Position numbers and translations under genes: made by a program
Assembly: GCA_044356455.1 (NCBI GenBank)
Contig: JBIKWF010000009.1
Coordinates: 1-64,000 of the forward strand
Direction of reading: 5' to 3'
Source: Bdellovibrionota bacterium
GTDB taxonomy: Bacteria > Bdellovibrionota_C > UBA2361 > JBGSMV01
DNA length: 64,000 nucleotides
Notes under the pieces: model-generated
Seen by the model: the letters and a program-made list of their open reading frames with translations, nothing else
The model's database searches: none
What the model was told of the DNA's origin: nothing
Shown: one piece after another, positions 19,753 through 27,664 of the stretch
Position numbering within the stretch: position 1 is the stretch's first letter
How the letters are laid out: each line of letters starts with the position of its first letter

Positions 19753-20460
19753 ATGGTGAGCTGCAAATTTAAATCGATACTCGTTACGTACCTGCTCGCG
19801 CTGAGCGCGTCTCAGGCTTTTGCGCAGACTATTCAGCTGCCCCCGGAAGATCTATTTCAAACGACCACTACGGCAGGGAAAGTATATTGCGGAAGAATAT
19901 CGGGCCGCTGGGTCCCTGGAAATTTGGCTAAGGATGGAGAGACATTCACCAAACTAACCGACGCCATCAAAACTCTAAAAAAAGAAATCAAGAAGGCCAC
20001 GGGAAAGGCGAAGGCCAAGAAAGAAAAGGCTCTTGCAGGACTTGAAAAGAAGCAAGCGGCAGGCCGAACGAAGTGCGCCAAGGGTAAAGACGGAGGAGCT
20101 TCGCCCACGCCAACACCAGGTGGTGGAGGCACGGCCCCAACGCCAACAAAAACACCAACCAAAACACCAACGCCGTCGTCAAGCACGAATTGTTTTAACG
20201 GCGACTCAACCAATACGAGTAGATCTCCCTCTCAGTGCTTTGGGATTCCAGGAAGTGTTGCCGGAAGTATCTCGCGTGGGCAGAACCTCTGGGTCGTCAC
20301 CAGAGGCTGCCAAGGTTGCCACGCACCGAAGAACGGAAAGACCTTTTCTCAGATTCAGGCTTCCTTTAGTTCTCAGCCAACCATGGCTGGTCTCCCTGCT
20401 CCTTCAACCCAAGACCTTGCCGACTACACTGCGTACTTAAACCGCTTTAATTTACCCTAA
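19753..20460 (+). CDS. Secreted c-type cytochrome with Lys-rich N-terminal domain and PT linker
   Basis: Signal peptide ..SQAFA; CQGCH heme motif; downstream Met (PTMAG) as possible axial ligand. Confidence 0.75.
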   Translation: MVSCKFKSILVTYLLALSASQAFAQTIQLPPEDLFQTTTTAGKVYCGRISGRWVPGNLAKDGETFTKLTDAIKTLKKEIKKATGKAKAKKEKALAGLEKKQAAGRTKCAKGKDGGASPTPTPGGGGTAPTPTKTPTKTPTPSSSTNCFNGDSTNTSRSPSQCFGIPGSVAGSISRGQNLWVVTRGCQGCHAPKNGKTFSQIQASFSSQPTMAGLPAPSTQDLADYTAYLNRFNLP

Positions 20461-20474
20461 GAAGGTGAGGCTCT

Positions 20475-20984
20475 ATGCAGTTGTCGATATTTCTTCGGGC
20501 TGTTCTAACCTGCGCCTCTGGTCTCGCACTTGCCATTCCTGGACTTGCCGGCGCGCTCGAAGTAAACGACCCGTTGCCCGCAGTGTCAGTGCATGACGAG
20601 GCGGGCGTTGCTACCGAGCTCTCTGGTCTAAAAGGCAAGGTAACCTATATCGACTTTTGGGCCTCATGGTGTCCTCCCTGCCGTGAGTCGTTTCCGTTCA
20701 TGAATCAACTCGTTGAGCGCTACGGCAAAGACGGTCTTAACGTGGTTGCAATCTCAGTGGACCGGGATAGGGCGCTTGCTGATAAAGCTCTCAAAAGGCT
20801 GGCTCCTCAGTTTAAAGTCATGTTTGACCCTTCTGGAGAGGCCGCCAAGGCCTTTAAGCTCCCCACCATGCCGACCTCATTTGTTATCGACGCCGAAGGG
20901 CGTGTGCGCAGCGTAAAGCGCGGATTTCGTGACTGCGAGAAGGCCGAGCTTGAAAAGACTATCTCCGAACTCCTCAAGAGCTAG
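20475..20984 (+). CDS. TlpA-family thiol-disulfide oxidoreductase
   Basis: IDFWASWCPPC, MPTSFVID; signal peptide. Confidence 0.93.
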   Translation: MQLSIFLRAVLTCASGLALAIPGLAGALEVNDPLPAVSVHDEAGVATELSGLKGKVTYIDFWASWCPPCRESFPFMNQLVERYGKDGLNVVAISVDRDRALADKALKRLAPQFKVMFDPSGEAAKAFKLPTMPTSFVIDAEGRVRSVKRGFRDCEKAELEKTISELLKS

Positions 20985-21129
20985 GCAGGTTTCACCGATA
21001 TCAGAAACCAAGCTCTAAGTTTTTAATTGAGTGCAGCCATAAATATTGCACCCTCAAGTCGAAGAAAAATTAGGTAATTGCGGGCTCAGGCGCATTGCGC
21101 GAACAATTCTGTAACGGAGATAGAGTTAC

Positions 21130-21363
21130 ATGAAGCAACTAAACTCGTTCAAAACAGTCTTAGTTCTAAGCGCGGCAGTTTTTGCGCTCTTTCTCGGCGG
21201 CTGCGTCAAAGTTGAGCCCTGGCAAAAGAACAATTTGGCGCGTCCCCACATGGCTTTTGATCCCGATCGCGGAGAAGCGCGTTACGTCAAAAAGGCTTAT
21301 GTAGCCAAGGAAGGAAGCTCCGGTGGTTATGGAGTTGGCGGCGGCGGATGCGGCTGTAACTAA
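21130..21363 (+). CDS. DUF4266 family lipoprotein
   Basis: Lipobox LGGC, VEPWQK..LA..M, C-terminal GGGCGCN. Confidence 0.9.
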   Translation: MKQLNSFKTVLVLSAAVFALFLGGCVKVEPWQKNNLARPHMAFDPDRGEARYVKKAYVAKEGSSGGYGVGGGGCGCN

Positions 21364-21377
21364 CCGGGGAGGATGAA

Positions 21378-22493
21378 ATGGAAGCATCATCGAAGAATTC
21401 TTCTCAGCTCTTTGCTCAACTCCTCACGGCTGCTCTTGCTATCCCCGCAGGCAGCGCCCTTGCGGAGAGCCCACCCGAAAGCGCCTCAATAAAACTCATG
21501 TATTTTGATTACGAGGATTGGCAAGAGGGTGGCCAAGATCGCATGCATATCAAGAGCCCCATGATTTGGTTTGCAACGCCCATTGCCGATAGCTGGGCAG
21601 TTGAGGGGACTCTCCAGCTTGATGATATGTCCGGCGCGTCTCCTCAGTATCTCGACTCCTTAAGCGGGGCTTCCGAGCTCGGCATCAAAGATCGCCGCCA
21701 GTGGGCCGACGTGCGCGTCACAAAGTACTTCGAGCGTTTTAGCCTAAGTCTGGGAGGCGCAGTCTCAACTGAGGACGATTATATTTCTCGCAGTGGCTCA
21801 CTTGAAGGTCGCTGGTGGTCGGAGGATAAGAACACCACTGTTTCTTTTGGTATAAGCCCAGACTTTGACCGGATTACCTCTACCAATAACACCGATTTGA
21901 TAGAGCGCCGGCGCGCAATTACCTACCTGCTCGGCGTCACCCAAGTGCTAAGCCCGAATGCCCTGCTGCAAAGCAATTTTTCATATGCGAATGGAGCCGG
22001 TTACCATTCAGACCCCTATAAATTCTTCGACAAGCGCCCTGAAGGACGCGACCAGTTCGCGTGGCTCACGCGGCACAATTATTTTGTCGAAGCTGCCGAC
22101 GCCGCACTGCACACTGATTATCGTTACTACTGGGACTCCTGGAGTGTGCGCTCGCACACGCTCGAAATGAAATGGTATCAGCCCATCGGCGAGCATTTTA
22201 TGATTAGGCCTGGGGTACGTTATTACTCCCAAGATAGTGCCGAGTTCTTCAGCACTGAATTTCCTCCCCAGGAGGATGGCGCAATCTATAGCCCTGATCA
22301 GCGTCTCGCATCGTACGGATCGTTCTCTTATGGGTTAAAGCTTGAGTATTCTCTCGGAGAACACGTTTCGCTTAACGCCCTGGTGCAGTTTATCGAGCAG
22401 CGCGGCTCATGGAAACTCTTTGGGTCGGGAGACGAAGACCTTAAGCACTACAAAGCTCGTTATACGGGCGTTGGGGTGACTGCTAAGTTCTAA
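21378..22493 (+). CDS. DUF3570 family outer membrane beta-barrel
   Basis: Follows DUF4266; DDMSGAS and DSLSGAS motifs, STEDDY, YHSDPYK, RYYWDSW; ends in Phe. Confidence 0.88.
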   Translation: MEASSKNSSQLFAQLLTAALAIPAGSALAESPPESASIKLMYFDYEDWQEGGQDRMHIKSPMIWFATPIADSWAVEGTLQLDDMSGASPQYLDSLSGASELGIKDRRQWADVRVTKYFERFSLSLGGAVSTEDDYISRSGSLEGRWWSEDKNTTVSFGISPDFDRITSTNNTDLIERRRAITYLLGVTQVLSPNALLQSNFSYANGAGYHSDPYKFFDKRPEGRDQFAWLTRHNYFVEAADAALHTDYRYYWDSWSVRSHTLEMKWYQPIGEHFMIRPGVRYYSQDSAEFFSTEFPPQEDGAIYSPDQRLASYGSFSYGLKLEYSLGEHVSLNALVQFIEQRGSWKLFGSGDEDLKHYKARYTGVGVTAKF

Positions 22494-22631
22494 TCTCGCT
22501 CACGCACCCTTGCCCAGACACTTGTCCAAGCTTCGCCGCAGACGTTACAGTAGTGCGATAGGATTGCTCGGCATATGAAACTAAAATTCCTGAGAAATTT
22601 ATTGGACCGCAAAGGACGCAAAGAAAGCTAG

Positions 22632-23040
22632 GGAGCTTCTGGAAAACTCCCTCTCCGCGTCCTCTGCGTCCTCCGCGTTACTTGAAAACTAAAGAATAAC
22701 GCGGAGGACGCGGGGTACGCGGAGGAAGAACAGATCAGAGGAAGATCAATTTGGGTTTCTTCAGAGGTTCCCTAGGGAACCTCTGAAGAAGTCCACTCGG
22801 TGGTCTCTGTGCCCTCTGTGGTTGATTTAAATTGCTCAAAAAACCACAGAGGACACAGAGATCACAGAGAGAAAGAAACAAGATATCGAGGTTTTTCAGA
22901 GGCTCCCTAGGGAAGCTCTGAAAAAGTCTGCTCTGTGAACTCTGTGCCCTCTGTGGTTGATTTAAATTGTTGAAAAACCACAGAGGACACAGAGATCACG
23001 GAGAGAAAAAAATAAAATATCGAAGTTTTTCAGAGGTTCC
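22632..23040. mobile_element. Tandem trimer of ~130-140 bp MITE units separated and bounded by CTAG
   Basis: Units 22632-22771, 22776-22906, 22911-23040; each has GGAA(C/G)CTCTGAA..TTCAGAGG(T/C)TCC-type terminal inverted repeats and an internal hairpin; CTAG at 22628, 22772, 22907, 23041. Confidence 0.85.
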
Positions 23041-23129
23041 CTAGTTAGAAAAATGCAATTTCAACGTGCTCCTTTGCGTCCCTTGCGTCGTTTGTGGTGA
23101 AAAATTTGCGATGGCTGACTCATAAGACC

Positions 23130-24029
23130 ATGTATGCCTCTTTTTCTTTTCATGCGCTCGGGGGCCCCAACTCTGTCCGCTGGCTCTCGGGCCCCTCTGA
23201 TGAGGAGCTAGGGCAAAAGCTTGTCGCCGAAGCGCTTCGCATCCAAGCCGTATTCTCGCGCTATGACCCCTTAAGCATCGTGAGCCTCATTAACCAAGCC
23301 GCGGGCTCAGGGCCGGTACGCGTCGATGAAGAGACCGCGGGACTGCTCTCATTTTCAGCGCGTCTCTTTGAGGTTTCCGGAGGGCTTTTCGACATTACAA
23401 GCGGCGTACTTCGAAAAGTGTGGAACTACTCCTCTGGAATCGTTCCCCGAGAAGAAGATGTTCAAGCAATTCTCCCGCTTGTGGGTTGGAACAAGACGCG
23501 TTGGGAGCCGCCATACTTCTCGCTCCCTACGCCAGGCATGGAAATCGACCTCGGTGGGCTAGGCAAAGAGTATGCGGCAGGCAGACTGCGCTCAATTCTA
23601 GTCTCGGCAGGGGTTAAAAGCGCCCTGATTAACCTAGGAGGGGACGTGACCTGCATTGGCCTCGGGCCCGAAGGCAGGCCCTGGAGGGTCGGAATTGCGC
23701 ACCCGCGCGAAGCATCAGGAGCAGCCGCGGCACTTGGACTTGTCGACACGGCTCTTGCCACGAGCGGCGACTATGAGCGCTGCATGATGGTTCAAGGAAA
23801 ACGCTATTGCCACATTCTTAACCCCAAAACTGGATTTCCAGACGTTACCGCAAGCTCCGTCTCGGTGGTGGCGGAGTCGTGCCTTTTAGCCGGGGCTCTC
23901 TCTACGACCGCAATGCTCCTCGCTCCCGAGGCTCGAGCGGCTTTTTTTAATGAGCTTGGCGTATCCGCCCTGGTCCTAGACGAGCAGGGAAAGATTGCGG
24001 AGCGTTATGGTCCGCTTGTGCCTCTATAG
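23130..24029 (+). CDS. apbE: FAD:protein FMN transferase
   Basis: FSRYDPLS, GLFDITSG, IDLGGLGKEYA, INLGGD, LATSGDYER, HILNPKTG. Confidence 0.93.
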   Translation: MYASFSFHALGGPNSVRWLSGPSDEELGQKLVAEALRIQAVFSRYDPLSIVSLINQAAGSGPVRVDEETAGLLSFSARLFEVSGGLFDITSGVLRKVWNYSSGIVPREEDVQAILPLVGWNKTRWEPPYFSLPTPGMEIDLGGLGKEYAAGRLRSILVSAGVKSALINLGGDVTCIGLGPEGRPWRVGIAHPREASGAAAALGLVDTALATSGDYERCMMVQGKRYCHILNPKTGFPDVTASSVSVVAESCLLAGALSTTAMLLAPEARAAFFNELGVSALVLDEQGKIAERYGPLVPL

Positions 24030-24038
24030 GAGATCTTC

Positions 24039-24107
24039 CCCTTAGTGGTCTCCGTGGTCTTAGTGGTTGTCTTTATTAATCACCAAGGCCACGGAGACCA
24101 CTAAGGG
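24039..24107. repeat. Long imperfect palindrome related to the MITE internal hairpin
   Basis: CCCTTAGTGGTCTCCGTGGTCTTAGTGGTT / AATCACCAAGGCCACGGAGACCACTAAGGG. Confidence 0.7.
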
Positions 24108-24179
24108 AGGGGGAATATAGAGTTTCGCCAAGCTCGCAATCTCGCTAGTCTCCCTTCACTAAACTCTAAAAGGCCCTCC

Positions 24180-25019
24180 GTGAAGTTTTCTGTTCTCTCG
24201 AGCGGGAGCAAGGCGAATTGCACCCTGATTGAAGCCGGCGAAACCCGTGTCCTCGTTGACTGCGGCCTCTCGGCGAAACAAACCGAAGCTCGCCTCGCTG
24301 CCATTGGCGTAGAGCCGACAACGCTTAAGGCCATTGTAATTACACACGAGCACTCAGACCACATTGCAGGTCTTGATGTGTTCGCGCGCCGCCACAAGCT
24401 TCCTGTGTATTTAACCGAGGGTACGCGCGAAGCGTACGATGTCTATCTCGCCTCAGCCACCAGGGACCGAGCCGCGCCCGCAAAGGCATTCGAGCGCTGC
24501 CTTATCCCTCGAGGCTCCACCTTCTCAATTGCAGGTATCGAGGTCCTCCCTTTCTCCGTGTCCCACGACGCCGCTGAGCCTGTGGGATTTCGGTTTTCTC
24601 GCGAAGGCCTTGTCTACGTGCAGTGCACGGATCTTGGGCGTGTCACCACAGGGGTGAAAGAGGCCCTCAGAGGTGCGCACGCGATGTGCCTTGAGTCTAA
24701 TCACGACGAAGAACTCCTTAGGTCCTGCGAGTATCCCTGGAATGTTAAGGAGCGCATCCTTTCTAATCAGGGTCACTTAAGTAACCACACGGCCGGAAAT
24801 CTACTCTTTGAAATCATGCATTCCGATCTCAATCACGTGGTGCTTGGACATCTAAGCGAGCACAGCAACCGGCCGGACGTGGCCTTAAGTACCGTGGAGA
24901 CCTATCTCCCGCAAAAGCGCTCGTTTCAGCTTGAGTGCGCAAGCGTGCATCACCCGCTGCCGCTGAGGAGCGTCGAAAGCACAGCTCGCGAGAGCTCAAG
25001 CATCCCACGCGCAGCGTAA
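24180..25019 (+). CDS. MBL-fold metallo-hydrolase (YycJ/WalJ-like)
   Basis: LSSGSKAN, LVDCG, THEHSDH, SHDAAEP, LESNHD, GHLSN, HLSEHSN. Confidence 0.92.
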   Translation: MKFSVLSSGSKANCTLIEAGETRVLVDCGLSAKQTEARLAAIGVEPTTLKAIVITHEHSDHIAGLDVFARRHKLPVYLTEGTREAYDVYLASATRDRAAPAKAFERCLIPRGSTFSIAGIEVLPFSVSHDAAEPVGFRFSREGLVYVQCTDLGRVTTGVKEALRGAHAMCLESNHDEELLRSCEYPWNVKERILSNQGHLSNHTAGNLLFEIMHSDLNHVVLGHLSEHSNRPDVALSTVETYLPQKRSFQLECASVHHPLPLRSVESTARESSSIPRAA

Positions 25020-25185
25020 ATAGCAGCATCCCACGGCCAGGCACCGGAATATTTTGAGGCACTGACAGAGGACCGTCAAAATGATGCGTTAGGGAGTGTA
25101 CTATGAGTCAAAGTAAGACACGGAGCGAGAAGCGAGTCTCGACATTTGAGCGCATGATGAAATCGAGTGGGCGGAGGGAGCGCCT

Positions 25186-25231
25186 CGACCAATTAAAAAC
25201 AGCATTTTAAATGGTTGCGACCAATTAAAAA
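25186..25231 (+). promoter_or_regulatory. Candidate operator: direct and inverted repeats upstream of AAA ATPase
   Basis: CGACCAATTAAAAA at 25186 and 25218 with an imperfect inverted copy between them. Confidence 0.4.
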
Positions 25232-25249
25232 TGTGTTTCTATCGGTCGC

Positions 25250-26395
25250 ATGCGCTATATCACCGAGCAAATCCAGAAAGACCTCCGAAAAAAGCTGGTT
25301 TTTCTGGCGGGGCCTCGCCAGGTTGGAAAATCCACTCTTGCGAAATCGATTGTTTCATCTCCCTCAAATTTTTTTAATTGGGACATTCCCTCAGATCGAC
25401 AAATTATTCGAGGCGCGGCGTGGGCCAAGGACGCCGGGCTGGTCGTACTCGACGAGCTTCATCGGTTTGTAAAGTGGAGAAGTTTCTTAAAGGGAGTGAT
25501 TGACGAGTATCAAAATACACCACCAATCCTGGTCACGGGCAGTGCTCGACTGGAAACATTTCGCCGAGGAGGAGATGCGCTCACAGGGCGAACTTACATG
25601 CATCGCATCCATCCAATTGATCCCCTAGAAGCAGTTGACCGATTTAACCAAAAGGATGCATTGCTCGCGGCGCAGGTGCTTTTAAAAACCGGGGGCTTTC
25701 CGGAAGCCTTTCTCAATCCTGCGGACGCCGATCGTTTGCGTGAAGAACGGTTGCAAGTTGTCCTTCGCGAAGACCTTCGAGACCTTTCGATGGTTTCAGA
25801 GCTTCGTGGAATGGAACTGCTCATTGACTTACTGCGAGAACGTGTAGGCGGAACCGTGAATTATTCAAACTTAGCTGCCGATATAGGCATCTCCCCGCCA
25901 ACAATTAAAAAATGGATCGAACTTTTGGAGAGGCTTTACGTAATTTTTGTGGTGTATCCACATAGTCGAAATCTCGCCAGGAGTATTCGTCGTGAGCCAA
26001 AGGTTTACTTTTATGACTGCGCGGCCGCGACTAACGGAGACGGATTTCGCTTTGAGAATCTCGTAGGGAGCTGTCTTCTAAAATGGATCCATTTTTTTAA
26101 TGACTCGCTCGGTCGCAAATATAGCCTTCAGTATTTTAGAGACAAGGACAAGCACGAGGTGGACTTTGTGGTGTGCGAAGGCCTGAAACCTAAAATTATC
26201 GTCGAGGCGAAATTGTCGGATTCCAATCTACATCCCGGATTATCCTATCTCTCTCGAATGCTCCCTAAGGTTAAAGGATTTCAAATTGTAGGTGCCAAGA
26301 TAAAGGAACAGCAGATTGGCGATCTCGCTATTAAGGGGGTTCGTGAAATGGACTCAGTGATTGCGGAGCTGGGAAGCCTTGGTAAAGGTAAATGA
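25250..26395 (+). CDS. AAA_14 ATPase with DUF4143 C-terminal domain
   Basis: Walker A GPRQVGKST, Walker B VLDELH, VTGSA, GGFPE, PKVYFYD, EVDFVV..EAK. Confidence 0.9.
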   Translation: MRYITEQIQKDLRKKLVFLAGPRQVGKSTLAKSIVSSPSNFFNWDIPSDRQIIRGAAWAKDAGLVVLDELHRFVKWRSFLKGVIDEYQNTPPILVTGSARLETFRRGGDALTGRTYMHRIHPIDPLEAVDRFNQKDALLAAQVLLKTGGFPEAFLNPADADRLREERLQVVLREDLRDLSMVSELRGMELLIDLLRERVGGTVNYSNLAADIGISPPTIKKWIELLERLYVIFVVYPHSRNLARSIRREPKVYFYDCAAATNGDGFRFENLVGSCLLKWIHFFNDSLGRKYSLQYFRDKDKHEVDFVVCEGLKPKIIVEAKLSDSNLHPGLSYLSRMLPKVKGFQIVGAKIKEQQIGDLAIKGVREMDSVIAELGSLGKGK

Positions 26396-26461
26396 TTTTA
26401 GAAACAACGGCGAGGGAAGGGCCGAATGGACAGACTCCTTTAAGGTTGAACAAAATTCCCC

Positions 26462-26608
26462 GGGCGTAAGCCACGGCCCCTTCAGGGGACGGGAGTGAGC
26501 CACAGCCCCTTCCGAGGGACGGGCGTAAGCCACGGCCCCTTCCGAGGGACGGGCGTAAGCCGCGGCCCCTTCAGGGGACGGGCATAAGCCGCGGCCCCTT
26601 TAGGGGAC
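26462..26608. repeat. Five tandem 29-30 bp hairpin repeats
   Basis: Consensus GGGCGTAAGCCRCGGCCCCTTCAGGGGAC at 26462, 26491, 26521, 26551, 26580; no spacers. Confidence 0.9.
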
Positions 26609-26643
26609 GGGGGAAGGAACGGTGCCGCGACTTTCCGAATCTG

Positions 26644-26946
26644 CTATACCGACTCTTGTTTCCGGGCCACCGCGAGCTGCAAGCCAAGAGAGCTTAATAC
26701 TTCCTTGATTGTCGCAAACTGCGGATTGCCGGACTCTGAGAGGGCTTGATAGAGCCCTTGGCGAGTTATGCCACTTTTTTCTGATAGAGCTGAAAAGTTT
26801 TCGTCTCTAGATTCGATAATATCTCGAAGCGCTATAAGAAACGCCCCTTGGGATTCATTTGCTAGAACATCCGTAAGATATCCTACTGCATACTCAGGAT
26901 CTCTTAAGCGTTTAAAGAGAGACTTTCTGTAATCTTCAGTTTTCAT
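26644..26946 (-). CDS. Addiction module antidote (HTH antitoxin)
   Basis: LRDPEYAVGYL..FLIALRDI..LSEKSGITRQGLYQALSESGNPQFATI; overlaps toxin stop. Confidence 0.9.
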   Translation of the reverse strand: MKTEDYRKSLFKRLRDPEYAVGYLTDVLANESQGAFLIALRDIIESRDENFSALSEKSGITRQGLYQALSESGNPQFATIKEVLSSLGLQLAVARKQESV

Positions 26947-27268
26947 TTTTATATTTCTTCCAAAGATACTTAGCCCTTTCGATATCCTTTTCTTGTGTGC
27001 TTTTGTCTCCCCCGCCCAGAAGTACGACAAGATTTATGCCATCAAGGCCGTAATAAACTCGAAGTCCCGGACCTTTCTGGATCCTCAACTCAAAGACTCC
27101 TTCGCCTACACTTTTGTGATCCCCGAAATTGCCATCACGCACCCTGGTAATTCGCGAATCGATCGCGCGAACCAAAAGGGAATCTCTGATGCTATCTAGC
27201 CAATCCTCGAATGGGCTTGCGCCGTCATCGAGTCGCAAGATCACTATTTGACGTGCCGCAGATTCCAT
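26936..27268 (-). CDS. RelE/HigB-family addiction module killer toxin
   Basis: PFEDWL..RITRVRDGNFGDHKSVGEGVFELRIQKGPGLRVYY..LLGGGDKSTQEKDIERA. Confidence 0.93.
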   Translation of the reverse strand: MESAARQIVILRLDDGASPFEDWLDSIRDSLLVRAIDSRITRVRDGNFGDHKSVGEGVFELRIQKGPGLRVYYGLDGINLVVLLGGGDKSTQEKDIERAKYLWKKYKNEN

Positions 27269-27279
27269 TACTCACAAGT

Positions 27280-27305
27280 GTAAACTGCAGTTGACGGCGC
27301 GTCAA
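27280..27305. promoter_or_regulatory. Candidate toxin-antitoxin autoregulatory operator
   Basis: GTAAAC-TGCA-GTTGAC and overlapping TTGACG-GCG-CGTCAA palindromes just upstream of toxin start. Confidence 0.5.
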
Positions 27306-27664
27306 GGCAAAGTTATTTGAGGCCAAAAATCGACGATTGATCCCTCCGTCACCTAAAGGTGCCGCGACCCTGTCCGTCAGATTTCGATTGGGGTGTGCCG
27401 ATGAGAGGAGAGCGAAAGCTTATAAATACCAGTAGCTTATGATTCTTAGAGGCGGCGGTGGGCTTTTCTGCCATAACCACCTTGTTGTCTTTATTCTTTA
27501 CGAGCGCGTCAGAACGCCGTTCGCAAGGAGTACGTGGACATTAGCTTAGTAAGTCTTGTAAAAACCTTGTGCTGGTTCGTGCTAATTATATGCTTTGATT
27601 GAGCTATTTACTTAGGTGCACCTAGCAAGAATTTATAATGCCCCCCCCCCGGAGGATTTTCTTC

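Noticed and set aside
22628..23044. Palindromic repeats with ~100 bp intervals as a CRISPR-like array
   Set aside because: Intervals are homologous to each other and to dispersed copies; better explained as tandem MITEs
26462..26608. Possible CRISPR array
   Set aside because: Units are contiguous with no unique spacers; no cas genes in the window
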